Assembly (NCBI GenBank): GCA_021613535.1
Contig: CP075497.1
Location: forward strand, 2,108,001-2,172,000
Length of the DNA stretch: 64,000 nucleotides
Source of the DNA: Adineta vaga
Lineage: Eukaryota > Animalia > Rotifera
Reading direction: 5' to 3'
The notes beneath the pieces were generated by a model that made no database searches, was not told the DNA's origin, and saw only the letters and a program-made list of their open reading frames with translations. A program made the position numbers and the translations under genes. Positions 35,925 to 50,252 of the stretch are shown here, piece by piece (the stretch's first letter is position 1; each line of letters begins with the position of its first letter).

Positions 35925-38739
35925 TGAATAGAAAATTTTCTTCTTCTTCTCTTTTCTGTATATAATCTTGTGTGTATGGGTCGTAGTCTTCCGTTTCTTG
36001 AAATAACTTGTGTGACAGACATTATCTGCAATTATCTCTGCTTTTTTTTCCTTTCCGTCCGAAATTATTCTTTGTTTGAGAAAAAAACTCAAACGCGTGA
36101 CTTTTCTTTGAATGTTTATCACTGTGATTCTAAACAGTTACAGACAAACCGTCCATTTTGTAATCACTTTGTATACGTTTGTGTTTGTTTTCTTTCTTCA
36201 GGATTAAAAAAATAACAATTTCTCAAGAAAAATCCTTTGTTTTTCTCTGTATTTGTTTATCAAGAAAAAAAATGAAATAAATTGTAGTGAAAATTGATTT
36301 TATTCGAATGAAATAACATTGCCTTCGATAAACACTTGGTTTTTATCGATAATAAGCAAGAAAAAACAAGGAGTGTTTATTGAAAGACTACTCGTTATTC
36401 TTAAACTTTGCTCTTATTAGAGTTCTCGAAAGGAAAAATAAATATATAAATATTATTGTAGTCAAATGATGAAAAGGTTTGCTTTCTTCAAACCGAAGTT
36501 CAATGATAAATTTCGAAATCGTTCAATATTTGTAAAGTTGATGAAGCTATTTGATGTGTTCATTGGAATACTGTTGTTTTTCTTCAACTTTCTTTCAAAT
36601 GAATAGAGAAATGATGTTTATTTAAGAGAGATCTTAACATCAAATTATGAGTACATTGATGAAATGAAACCTTCTACTTGCAAAAGTCAGATTTATTAAG
36701 TTTTACAATAAAAGTATGTTATTTCATAAGTTATCGGTAAACAAAACATAACGTAATATGTTTAATTTCGAGATCATGATTAAGAGAAACTCATTAAATA
36801 TTTAGAAGAATGAACTAGAATGAATGAGAGTTTTGGGCAACAGGTTCGGCGAAGAGTATGTAATGTTAAATCGCATTTACTCTCACTGAATGTAATACTC
36901 TTTGTCAATGTTAGTTTTCGATGATATGGTTTTCGGCGAGAAGCATATTATTTACTTTCACTGTACCCTTAATGATGCTCATGGTTATTTTCAAATACTT
37001 ATGAGTTGATATAATTGTTTTCGAAAACGTTTCGAAGTAAGATTTTGGAGTAGAAGTATGAAATATTCAGAAATAGAAAAAGGAAGCAAACATCCTTTTT
37101 CCTGAATAAATATTTCTTATCTTTGCTGTTATTTACTCCGTGTTAAAAGATTAGTTATACTCAAAAAACCGAGTTAGTTGGATAGTTTCAATGATTGACA
37201 AGAATTGTGAGAAACTCAAAACACAATTTGAATACAATACAAAGTGTGACTGTTTATAATATATTCTTATCCTGGATATGTATTTCATCGAATAGGTAAC
37301 AAATTCGATTAGAGTGTATTTATCACATCGTTGTCCATCGATAAATGAACTAATGAATAGAATGTTTGTTCAATTGCATGTTCTTCGTTATATGAAATCG
37401 TGTCATTTTATTTGCCAACTACATTCACCTAATCTCTTATATTTTCAAGATTTACTAGATTATCCGAAGCGATTTATCTGTGTTATTCTCTTGATTTTTC
37501 TTCTTCGAATTTGTTTCCATATGCATCAATAGTTAAATTCATGAGTTGAAATGGAAAGATCAACAATAGTTATTCAAGGTGCTCGATTTAGTAAAGAGAA
37601 AACTAGAAAATCAGCAAAAAAAGTTCTGATTATTTCCACATCAATTCATGATCCAATCTTTCGAGGTTTATTCGAAGAAGAAAATAAGAAAAGAATCTTG
37701 TGTATTGTGACTTATTGCATTCTTTTTCCTTTATCATTTTAATCATAAAACGATCTCATCACTGATCACATCTATACAAAAGATTCACGAGTAAAAGATA
37801 CAAAAAAAGAGAAAGTTTGATCACTGATTCATTGTTTCTCTGAAACTTGAGGGTAATAGAACATTGAAGAGTATATGACGTTAAGCTGCATCCATCCATA
37901 TCATACTTTTAGTTTGTATCATTTCTATAGACATCTTCTTTTCGCTATCATCGTAATGAATAAATGTCATAAATTCTACTATTTTACTACTTATAAGTTG
38001 ATTATATTTAATTATATACATTCTTGACGGAAAAAGGTCATCTCAAATGTTTCTAATAAACTTTTCTGAAATAATTAGAACGTTAAATTATGATCTTGTG
38101 ATATATACGACGTAATTCTTTCAAATGATTACGGAAAATTCTTTTCAATACTAAACTAAATGATACTTGAAAACTTCAAGAATAGTTTTTCATCACATGT
38201 TCGTATATTTCTATTTTTCAACAGAAAAAACTCTTTAGACATAATGTCAAAAGTAAAATCAACTGTAATTGTGTAAATTTTATTTATTAATCTAGATTAA
38301 TAATCGATTATTTCTCAAATAATATATAACATGTCAACCAAAACGAGGAGAAAAGAAGAGAACGAACTCGAATGCAATATAATCAGCAATCGATCTAAAC
38401 CAAAAGCAATTGATAACTACGAAGAAAACAAACTCCCATTAAACATTTCACAGGTACAGAAAAGAAGAAAAAAAAGGAATAACTCGATTGAATTAATATT
38501 CTACATAGATTTCGTAAATACATCGAACGAAAAGAGAAGTCTTTGAAAAATTTACTTGTCACCAACAAATGACAACAAAAATATATAAACCGATAAAGAA
38601 TATCACGCAAATCACAAGAAAAAAAAAGAAACGAAATTTTCTTTTCAAGAAGACTTTTGAAGTCCAAAAAATATTCATTTTGTTTGGGTTTTCATAAAAC
38701 CAAGAAAAACAGATTTGAAATTAGCACCGCTCATATCAA

Positions 38740-39870
38740 TCAATAAGAATATTTTGATGAAAGTATGTTGAGAACTAAGATATGAGGTAAGAATGAATTT
38801 AATTCTGGTCGAAGATTTGAATGAATAAGACGAATATCACCTGTCCATTCATGACATAATGATGTTAACATTAAACGATGAATATTTCCGCATGCTGGTG
38901 ATTGATCAAGTAATTGTTCGAATTGTTTTGTCGAACGTTGTTGACTAGAAGAATTTGTTATTATTGGTGAAAAAGTAAATTTAACTAAAAGTGAATAAGC
39001 ATCCGAAGAAAGAATTGATGATTGAGATGAATATATTGATGATGTTGGAAGTTTTGGTAGAAGAAGAAATTCATTAGGTGAACCAAATTCCAGAAAATGC
39101 TTCATTTCTTGTCGTTTACGCAATGGAAGTGATGATGATGGAAGAAGATCTTTTGTTAATAAAAGACAATGTTTCGATTCCATTGGGATAATTCTTTCCG
39201 ATGAACTAGACGAAAGAAAACAAAAAGTAAAATTGTCTTGACAAAATAAAAAAGTAGATTTACTTGATTGAATCATCTAATTGATTTTGTTGTTCTTGTA
39301 GATGAAAATTCATTGGTGTTGAATATTTTGATTGTTTGATGGGAAATTTTCTCATTAAAATTCGTTTCTTTTTCGGATCACATAGAGATAAATCATTTGT
39401 TTTGATTTGATTTTTTTCTTTTCTCATTTGTATTATTAAATCACGACATTGAGCAAATTGTGGTGAATTACGTAAACAATAAGGATAATTGGAATCTTTT
39501 AAAAATCGTTGAATACTTAAATAATATGATCGAAGTGTTTCTGGATCATATTTTGAACCTTTACGTGTACGAATTGATGTTAAATAATCGATTAAATATG
39601 TTCGCATTGAATCAGGATCGATATCCACAAGTGTTGTTGATGAAATATCATAATGACGTTTTAAAAATTTACGAAAACGACGAACATCTTGTCGCGTCTT
39701 TAATTTTGTATTTCCTAATGTTCGACGTAATGGTGTATGCATATCTTCATACGATGCCGAACCAAACTAAAGAAGAAAATTTCGAAATGAAATAGAAAGA
39801 CGCAAAAGAATATTACAAAGAACAACATTCTATATCTTTCTATGCTTACAGATGTTAACATTATTTCCAT
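38740..39870 (-). CDS. Protein with Crypton/DUF3504-associated (QRICH1/ZMYM/KCTD1-type) core-binding domain; exons 39870-39850, 39766-39264, 39205-38740
   Basis: NTKLKTRQDVRRFRKFL…LVDIDPDSMRTYLIDYLTSIRTRKGSKYDPETLRSYYLSIQRFLKDSNYPYCLRNSPQFAQCRD matches the helical N-terminal domain pattern of Crypton-derived proteins; no tyrosine-recombinase catalytic motifs follow. Confidence 0.7.
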
Positions 39871-40324
39871 AGAGAACAAACTTTCGAATGAATCTGTATC
39901 TTTACATATTGTTAAATATCAACTACGCGTCGTTCACTCTTCTTTTTGCGATGAACTTGAGAGAGAACCGCTATTTATATAGACATTAATTTTTTTCTCT
40001 GACGCGCTTTATTCTGCTTTTTTTTTCTTCTTCGAAGAAAACTGACATACTTACGTCGCTTTTTTCCCTTTCAACTAACTAAAGCGCATCATCTGACTAA
40101 GAAATAAACTTGTATATCTCTTTATTATCAACTACTGATCACTATGGATAATTATCCGTTAATAAGCAATACCGGATATGAATTCAATTGTATGTTTGAA
40201 ATAACAAATGAATGTTGATCACGAGAAAAGATAAAATACCTATATGAAAGAGGCAACTATGTCTATCTTTCTGATAAAGAGTATTTTATATATTTCAAAG
40301 CATACATAAGACCTACTTTTGACC

Positions 40325-40845
40325 TTATAAATACCAGCTTATTTTCCATCTTGATGGTCTTCTATTTGTAACAAACTCCATCTTATCATTCGATGTCTTT
40401 AGGACATACGAACGTAAACATATGTAAAAAGCAAGAAAATTTAAGCGAAACGTTTCGTTTTTATCAATGTTTTACATTTTCTAAAACGATGGTAAATTGA
40501 GATAGATCTACAGGTAGAGACTATATTTAGTAATAAATTCTATTTACTAATGATAAAAAAAGGTATTTTCTTTTGAAAATAAGAAGAACTAACAATTACC
40601 TCATCTTCTTTTGTTGAATTTGAATTGGTAATTAATGCTACATTTGATGTTGAACAAGTGATAGGATTCGTTCTTCGTTCGAGATCTGCCGTTGATAATT
40701 TGTATTTACTTTTCGAGGAAAGTAATAATAAAGATTCATCAATGGAATCTTTACTTGTCGAGGAAGATGGTGGTGTTTCTATTGTATAAAAATCTTTTAT
40801 ATCCATAGGTTTACTTTGTGTATATATAGAAGTACTTTCACTCAT
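40325..40845 (-). CDS. Small Ser/Thr-rich protein of unknown function, probably three exons
   Basis: ORF from ATG 40845 to donor at 40599; downstream in-frame segments SLPVDLSQFTIVLEN and TSNDKMEFVTNRRPSRWKISWYL* bounded by AG/GT sites. Confidence 0.4.
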
Positions 40846-42223
40846 TCGTTACTAATGTACTAGTTATGGACACGCATCAAAAGTTAACAAGACATCGACG
40901 AATAAAACAGATGATAAAAATAGACAACAAAAGAATGACGACAACGACTTTTATGCGTGTGTGTGTGAGTATGTGTGTCTTTAGTGTAGTAGTGATAGTA
41001 GTTTAATGTGTGTATGTATGCGTTTCTTTTACTTTTTTTCGCGTGTTCGACGAACGGATAGATTGTTCTTACATACAGAGGCATTATCGTTAGAAAAAAA
41101 AAGAAGAAGAAAAAACATCAGCAGACGGAAAGAAACATAACAAAGAGAAAGAAAAGAAACACACATCTCTACAACCGAGAAGAACGAAAAAGCGAACCTT
41201 TATTTTTACATGCTGAGTATGTCTATGCTGTCCGTCGTTCTCAGCAGTGTGTACTATTAAACTTGCTTGAGAATTGAAATCAAGGTGTAATGTCACTCTA
41301 TTGCTACATGTATGTTTTCGTTTTCATGACAATCGCGTATGATAGCTTTATCTTCATTACTTTTCCTTTTTTTATGGTCGTTTTCATTGTTCTTTAACAT
41401 ACACATCGTCATAAAATTCCTTTTCATTTATTTTTCTCTTTATTATTAAATATTTAATCTATGTTCTATTCTCAATTGATAGATCAAATGATGACAGATA
41501 CTCGATGTATTTACCGTTTCATTATGATTAATTGATAATAATAATCTTTTCATCTATGATTGTCTACAAGACGAGTAGATTGGAATGTTTTATCTACAAT
41601 AGAACATTTCCTCTTCTATTTCACTTGAAACTTGATGTGCGTAATTGAATAAATACAAGGTTGATGACTTTTATTCTCGAATGTTCTCATTAGTAGACGA
41701 GAAAAAGGAAAAAGAGAATACGTAAATAAAACGAAGATGATTTTAATTGCATGTTATCTGCATATTTTCAGAAAAATAAAAACAAATCATCAACTTGAAC
41801 GGATGAGTTGGTCATTCAGAAAATCTTCTTTGTTATTATAATCACGTTTCGGACCTATGGAGAGATAAAAAAGAAAAGAATAAACTTTATCATCTACTCG
41901 GAATCTTTAATGCTTGAAGATATTTTCTTCAGTCTGACGTCAATACATTGAAAAAACATACTAATTAATACCGGAAAACTAAAGTGACTGGAAATATACG
42001 TCAAAGATTTGTGCTACAAGCTAAAAGATACATTGGGGTCAGGTTAAATACTTTAAAATTAAATTTCTTTGAAAAGTTTCATCTTGTATATCCAAAAGAA
42101 TCTTTTACACGATTATTTATTAAGATAAAGTCAGAAAGACAAACTTTTCTGAATGAAAAATAAAAATCAGCTGGTTTTCTCATTTACACAGCGATTTGAT
42201 TAAATAGAAAGTGGAATCGATGC

Positions 42224-42532
42224 TTATTTAGCCACATTCGACATCCGATTAAAATTTTGATCAGCCTGAAGAGAAACTCGTTCAATAGGTATCATTTGAT
42301 AAACACGAAAACATTGAACTTTAACTAAAAATCTTGATGAATCTTCATTGATGTTCGGCGTAATCAATGGATAACGATTCGAACGTGAATCTTTCGTTGA
42401 TCGAGGTTGAAAATGAGTTTTGTATGAAATTGTTCGTGGCTTTTTCGTTATCGGTTTCGAGGGTGGAACACTTTCGAAGATCTGTTTGATTTGATCATAA
42501 TTAAATTCGTATTCATTTTCCATCGTGGTCAT
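42224..42532 (-). CDS. Hypothetical 102 aa protein
   Basis: ATG-initiated hydrophilic ORF with codon usage like neighbouring genes; no motif recognised. Confidence 0.4.
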   Translation of the reverse strand: MTTMENEYEFNYDQIKQIFESVPPSKPITKKPRTISYKTHFQPRSTKDSRSNRYPLITPNINEDSSRFLVKVQCFRVYQMIPIERVSLQADQNFNRMSNVAK

Positions 42533-42830
42533 TGTATGAGAAGAAAATATCGTTTTCTACTGTGAATGAAATCCACATGTTCATCATACGTAATTTATAC
42601 AATCGTCAATGTGTGAACATCACAGTCAGACTATTAAACGAATTATTCAATTTTCTTTTTCATTAATGACGTCTGTCATGCATATCTAAACCTGACGTTT
42701 ATTTACTTTGTGTGTGTTGTGTTGTCTTTTCTCTCCTATTGGATATTCTTCGACGATTTAATAGAATTTTAGATGATTGTTAGTTTTAGTTTTTTACTTG
42801 AATCAAATCACAGAAAACAAAGTTGATCGT

Positions 42831-43595
42831 ATGAACGACGTAGTAAGTTCAAAATTTGTTGAAGATGAAGATAAACCATTGGGTAATACCGTGAAAATTA
42901 TTATCAAAAAAGGAGATATTGGTTTAGAAGAGTATCAACATCAAAATTATCAATATAATTTATTCAACAATCGAAATAAACATGATGATTATTACAATGA
43001 TCTAAATAAAATCAAAGAACGATTTGATAAAACAATACCAAACATGCAACATGTCATTCAGATGGATATGAAACGAATGAATACAAATAAATTATATGAA
43101 CGACAACTTAAACATGCAGTCCATGGACCAAGAGGTTTAGATTGGCAATATAAGTGAGACAAATGATTCAATTTTCGATCGGATTATTGAGTAGAATAGT
43201 TTCTTTTCTCTATTTGATTTACTAGATCAATATTGTTTCTGTATAGAAGAGTTGAATCTTTATTTCTATTTAGACAGCAATTAAAACGCTTTAAAAGTGA
43301 TGAACGTAATATTCAACGTGATCTACTTCGTCTTAATTATGATTTAGCAAGAATTTCTTTGTGTTCGTGTCTTCATGAAACTCAACCGTCAAATTTCTCA
43401 AGAAAAACAAAACTTATTCTTAAACGTTCATTATTAATGACAAACAAACGCATATCAATCGATTTCTCGACATCAACAAAGCAAATATCACCATCATCAT
43501 CATCATCATCGATAAACAAACAAATCAATCACAATCCTTTGTATCTTCATGAACAACAAATTCTTCAAGAGAAATTAAAAGATTTTCTTTCTTAA
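42831..43595 (+). CDS. Hypothetical two-exon protein; intron 43154-43273
   Basis: MNDVVSSKF…GLDWQYK joins in frame to QQLKRFKSDERNIQRDLLRL…LKDFLS* through a GT-AG intron; no family recognised. Confidence 0.5.
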
Positions 43596-43708
43596 TAAAA
43601 CATTTCTTTATTTTTAAAAGCAAAAGACAAAACGTACAAGTAGTTGATGATCAATACTGTTTCTTTTTTTCTCGCTAAAACAATATGCAAACAAGAATTT
43701 CTATAACA

Positions 43709-46700
43709 TTAATATGTTCTCGGATCAAGTCCGACTTGTAATGGGGAAAGGGATCGTGCACGATAATTGTTTTCGTTTCGGCGAGAGACAGGACTTGGAC
43801 TTCGACGACGATGACCATGTGCGGAATGAGTGACTGGATGATGATGATGATGATGTTGTTGTTGTTGTGATGGTGGTTGTTGACGTTTCTGATAAGGGGG
43901 TAGTTGTTGCTGAGGTACATTGATTGATTTAGTTGTTGAAGAAGGAAATTGATGAACAGGAACGGACATAGGTGATTGAACAACAGTGAGAAGACGTTCT
44001 AATCGAGCAGTGATTTCATAATCAGGTACAGATAATGTTTTAGCATCTAAACCAAGCATACGAGCGATCAATGCACGGAAATCTAATAACTAAAATGACA
44101 CAAAAGTTTTCATATGTTAAAGAAAAAGACTCTCGTTTCATACTTGTTGTTCTCGTTCGGTTAGTTGTTGTAATGTACTTTTTAAGAACCGTAATTCATT
44201 TGATAAAGTTCGTACAGCATTATCTGATGAGATTAATGTTCGATTGGTATCATCATCCACTGTATGCATTTTATCTTGTAAACTTGAAATTTTCACTGCT
44301 TGTTTATCACGTGTATTTTCTAATCTACTGATATCTTCTAAAAGACGACGGACTTCTTTCTCTCGTTCGATTAATCGATTCTAAATCACATAAAAACAAT
44401 AGTTTTGTTTTCATCAATTCGAAATAAAAAGATCAATTACTTTAAGTGTATGAACATCGGAACTTTGAGTTTTTAATAAAGTATTTTCACTTCTTAATTC
44501 ATTCACTTGTTGTGTTAAACTTTCGACTTTTAATTTCATTTTTCGTGATAAAATTACATGATCATCAATTTCCTTCTCTAAATCCGTTTTACCCACTCGA
44601 CCTTCTTCTAACGCTGCAACTTTCTTCTTCAATAAATCTAAATGTATATCTTTATTTTCCATTTGTTCTTTCATTTGTTTGATTTTTCTTTGTAAATTAC
44701 AAACAGAACTTTGTTGATCATGAATCGAACCATATTCAACTTTCATTAATTGTTCAGCTCGTTGTAAAATCACTTCGGGATTTAGTTCATAACCCATTTC
44801 CGTTGAATAATTTTCGATTTTCATAATTGAACCAAGGCGTTCGAGAAAATGTGTAAATTTCGCTTTATCTTGTTTATGATTTTCTCGATAAACATCCGCT
44901 GATGTACACGACATGTTCAATGTTTTCAAGCGATTTTCTAAATCATATAAATGGGATTCTGTATGTGTACGTTTCTTATCGGATTCTTTGTTGAGTTCGA
45001 TTTGTTCTTGTAATTGTTTAGCTAATTGTTCTTTTTGATTTTGAAGATTAGTTATAATCTTTAAGAGAGAAGAAATCATTTGAGAATATTAGAAAAGAAG
45101 ACAAATATGAACTTACAATGCCTCGATCTTTACTTGATTGCATTAATAAATGTATTTTTTCTTTGATTTCATCTTCTTTCGGTTCAACTTTAACATATCC
45201 ATCGGATAATAATTGACCGACTTGTTGTTTAAATGCTTCAAAACATGATTTACTGTAATTTAAATCATTTTCTAATTGTTTGAAGTGTAATGCATTGGAT
45301 GAAAAATGATTTTCTCGTTCATCTAATTCACCACGTGTGTTTTGCCAAGCTTTTTGAATTGATTCAAGACGAGATTTTACTGTTTCAAGTTCATTTTTAA
45401 TTGTTTCTTTATCATGAAGTGCTCCATCACGTTCAGCTCTAATTGCATCAATTTGTAAACGATGAGAAACTGTATTGTGATCATACGATTGTAATTGATT
45501 TGTCATTTGTTGAATTGTTGCACGATTTGTTTGAGAATCTTGTTCTAATACTTTATTTGCTTCTTCTAATTTAATCATTTTACCTTTTAATAATGCATTT
45601 TCAGCATTCATATCAGCAATCTAAACAAACAATACTGATCAAATATGACGATTTTTCTCATGTAAATTGATCTCTTTTTTGTTTATAACAATATTAACTC
45701 AAGATTGTAAATCACTGATACACATGACCTTGTATCATACATATTGACTTAGGAACTCATCGAACTATTGTTTCTCTCGACGAACAGATTGATCATCATG
45801 ACATCGTTTGATCTTACTCGATTTATAACTATTTCAAATGCCGATGTACTTGGTTGACCATAATCAGTTCCGAGTGTTACATTTAATTGTGCGAATAATT
45901 CATGTAATTTTTTATATATACCATCCGTTCTTCGTTCATTTGTTTCTCGATCTTCCATATGGGCTCTGAAAAACAACGAACATTTCCTATTGAAAATGAG
46001 ATTAAAAAAAAGATGAAACCTTATTCGTGCTTGTAGTTCTGATAATTGATCTTGTTTTTCTCGAAGATCTTTCTGTAATATTGAAATTGTTAAGGATGAT
46101 TTATTTGCCACAGTATCATATGACGTCATATTAGATTCTAATTCACGTATACGTGTACGTAATTGATTATTGGCTTGAACAACAAGTTCATGTTCACGTT
46201 TAACTGAATCAATTTCATGTTTTAATTCATTAATTCGTTCATCTTTTGCAGAAGATTTTATTGATGTTTCACGTAACTAAAATGAAAGATTCTTTTTCTT
46301 TGTTAGTTCAATAAGAAAGAAAAGTTTCATTGTTTACATCATGAGTTAAAGCATCGAGTTTCATTCGACATTGATCAAGTTCACGTTGGACAGCTACCAT
46401 AGATGTTCGATCTGTACTAACAAACGGATCATATCGAGATGGTTCGAAATGAACTTGTCTAGTTCCATCCCTAAACAAAACAATAGAAATATATTTTCTT
46501 TCAGAGACATAGATTTATTACTTCATGCATGATAATTCTTTTACAAGAGCATCTTTATTTTCCAAATCTTTTTTTAAAACACGCAGTTGATCTTGTAACT
46601 ATGCAAAGGAAATAACAAGACGATTTTCAATTAAATCGATTCTTACATCTGTTAAAGTTTTTCGACTTTCGATACTTTCGCAAGGACCATTTCCGTATCC

Positions 46701-46853
46701 ATGGTAAGTCGGATACGTAGGGGTAGTTGTATATGGTCCTCGATAAGCACTATATTGTGCTTGTTGTTGTGTTAGAGAAAAATTTGAATTCGCATCGATC
46801 ATCGTTCTTGCTGAATTCAATTCACGATTGAGTAGATCACTTGCTGATGTCAT
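43709..46853 (-). CDS. CCDC170: Coiled-coil domain-containing protein 170-like, multi-exon
   Basis: Long heptad coiled coil; ENKDIHLDLLKKKVAALEE and C-terminal FRALIARMLGLDAKTLSVPDYEITARLERL match recalled CCDC170 motifs. Confidence 0.8.
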
Positions 46854-47444
46854 TTTTCTAAGTAATATTAAAGAAATATGTCAAACTAATATGTTTGATG
46901 GTAGTATACAAATATACTCTACCATCACTTCAATCCATTAACTTAGTGAAGACCTTTAGAAAAATTCTTTTCAATAGAAATCATTGAAAAATTTCGAGAA
47001 TTTATTTTATTTTCAATCTATTCTATTTTCTTTTTAGTCAAAGAAATTCATTTCGTGAATAATAAATCAAAGTGCATAGATGTGTTAGACAAATATCTAA
47101 ACCAATAGAATGAAACCAGAGCTTAGTAATCATTATTCGTCTGTTATTGTTGGTTGTGTTGTTGTCACTTTTTTGCTTGTATTCAAACTATTTTTTTTAT
47201 CTTATTTCCTCTATCTATTGGTTAAATTCACTAAACTATAAAAAACTGTACTTGCATATTTCATGTCCTTGTCTTTACACAGCAGCAATCAACCATTACT
47301 TTACTATTTCTTCTCTCGTCCTCTTCCTTCGGCATGTTGACGTACTTTACCTTCAATGAAAAGTTTCTTTTTTCTTCAGAATTGATGATTGATAAAAATG
47401 AATTTTATCTTATTTATTCTAGTTGAAATAAAACAAATCGAATA

Positions 47445-49898
47445 ATGAATATTTCTCGTCTATATATTTTTCTTTGCATCATTTTTACAATTGTTCTATG
47501 TGATGAACATGATCATAAAGTATGTTTGAAAACCATCGAAAATGTTTGTAGTCGATTTTTTTTGTTGAATTATTTAGTATGAAGATGGTAGTGAAGTTGT
47601 TCTATGGATGAATACAGTTGGTCCTTATCATAATCGACAGGAAACATATAATTATTTTTCTTTACCATTCTGTCGAGGAACGAAAAAGGAAATCTCGCAT
47701 TATCATGAGACATTAGGTGAAAATATTCTCGGCGTAGAATTGGAATATAGCGGCGTGGAAATCAATTTTAAACGTAAGAAGAAAAGATTTTCGTAAAAAC
47801 AAACATTTCGCTTCTGTTTTTTTTCTTCTCTAGGAGATAAACCTAAAACAGAGATATGTGGAATTACTGTAACACCGGAATCATTTGATGAATTGACCTA
47901 TGCGATTAAAAATCATTATTGGTATCAAATGTTTATTGATGATTTACCAATTTGGGGTTTGTTAGATATATAATGAGTTTTTCGGGAAGATTTTTTCTTT
48001 CTCGATTTTAGGAATTGTTGGAGAAATGGATGAATCAGGTAAACAAGCATATATTTGGACACATAAGAAATTCGAAGTCGCATATAATGATGATCGAATT
48101 ATTGATGTGAATTTAACATCCGAAGCGAAAGTACAATTAAAACCAAATACACCATTAACATTTTCATATGAAGTTATCTGGAAACCAACAACAATTCCAT
48201 ATCCAAAACGATTTGAAAAATATCTTGATGCAGGATTTTTTCAACATAAAGTAAATAATCATAACGAATTTAATTGAATAAGAAATGAATTTTGTCGAAA
48301 TTTAGATTCATTGGTTTTCAATATTTAATTCATTTATGATGGTTTTATTTCTTGTTGGTCTTGTTAGTATGATTTTATTACGAACATTAAGAAAAGATTA
48401 TGCACGATATGGTAAAGATGATGATTTAGATGATATGGTAAATAGTATTCGATGAAAATTATCTATTGAAAAACAAAACAGTCTTTTTCTTCTTAGGAAA
48501 GAGATTTAGGTGATGAATATGGTTGGAAACAAGTTCATGGCGATGTTTTTCGTCCACCAGCTCATCCGATATTGTTTGCATCATTGATTGGTTCAGGTTA
48601 TCAAATTGCTACTGTTTCCATACTTTGTATATTAATAACTATTGCATTTGATCTTTATACTGAGTAAATTCTCGTGGATTCTTTTGACATCTTCAATCTA
48701 ATTGTGTTTATTTAGACGTGGGTTATTGTTTAGTACAGCTATATTTCTTTATGCTGCATCATCTGTTGTCAATGGATATGCAGGTGGAAGTTTATACGCT
48801 CGAATGAAAGGACAATTATGGATCAAACAATTAGTGGTTGGCGCTTTTATTGTTCCTGCAATTATTTGCAGTGTAGCATTTTTGGTTAATTTTATTTCAA
48901 TTTATTATGGTTCATCACGTTCAATTCCATTTACTGTTATGGTTTGCTTTTGAAAGTTTTCCTTCGATTTGTCTATTGACTTTTTCTTTTTTGGTATTTA
49001 GTTAAGTGTAACAGCAATCTGTTTGTTTATTATTCTACCATTAACAGCCGTTGGAACTGTCCTAGGAAGAAATATTAGTGGAGAACCGAATGTACCATGT
49101 CGAACGAATGCAGTACCACGACCAATACCAGAAAAGAAATGGTTGAATAAGAAATGATTGATTTTGTAATGGAAAACAGAATTCTATTTGTTTAGGTTTA
49201 TGGAACCAAATGTGATTATACTTGCGAGTGGAATCTTACCATTTGGATCGATATTTATTGAAATGTAAGTTCAAGTTTTAACTGAGAAGAATATGTCTAA
49301 TGGAGATTATTTTAGGTATTTTATTTTCACTTCATTTTGGGCTTATAAAGTAAAAGAATGAAATTTTTGCAAAACGTGAAAACAAAGAAGATTTTATGTT
49401 TAGATTTATTATGTTTATGGATTTATGTTACTTGTATTTTTAATCCTTGCTGTTGTTACTGTCTGTGTAACAATCGTTGCAACTTATTTTATGCTCAATG
49501 CAGAAGATTATCGATGGTAATTGAATTGCAACTGAAGAAATTTTTCTTTCTTCGATAGACTATTCGAAAATAATTTCATTTCAATATTGATAAAAAAAAC
49601 ATGATTCAATTTCTTTTTTAGGCAATGGACAAGCTTTCTATCAGGCGCATCATCAGCGTTCTATGTTTATCTATATGCTATTTATTATTTCTTCTTTAAA
49701 ACAAAGTAAAGTAACAAATAATTCATTCAATATTCTAGACAATTTTTTTCATTTAGAATGTATGGAATGTTTCAAACAGTTTTTTATTTTGGTTATATGG
49801 CCCTATTTTCTCTTGGACTTGGTATCATGTGTGGAACATTTGGTTATATTGGAACTCAAGCTTTCGTTCGAAAAATCTATTCAATTAAAATAGACTAA
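47445..49898 (+). CDS. TM9SF3: Transmembrane 9 superfamily member 3, many short exons
   Basis: Signal peptide then DEHDHK|[32 protein letters not shown]…HYHETLGE; [49 protein letters not shown]; C-terminal KID Golgi-retention motif. Confidence 0.96.
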
Positions 49899-50252
49899 GA
49901 AAGACTTGTTCTTATTCCAGTGATATTCTCTTTCTTTTCCTTGTTTGCTTCTTTTTTCTTTTTGCTCTTCAAATCTCACAGAAAGTTTCCAAGCATAATG
50001 AAGATCATTTAGCGTGAGTAACTCTTTCGAACGGAAGAAGAAATGAGATTGAAACAAAATGTTTGATGTTTCCTTCGATATTTATATTAATATTCTCTCT
50101 TTATCTTTTCGTTTTTTTTCTTTTCTTAAATATGTTTGTTTTTGTTATTTGAGGAGTTCGGATAAAAAATTTTTTTCTTTTGTTCATACACACAAAAACA
50201 ACTAAACAAACGATAATTAAATAGAGATCTTAGGAGAAATATGAGTTATTTA

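Noticed and set aside
37314-37742. Two short plus-strand ORFs that might be a decayed gene
   Set aside because: No recognisable motif or consistent splice model.
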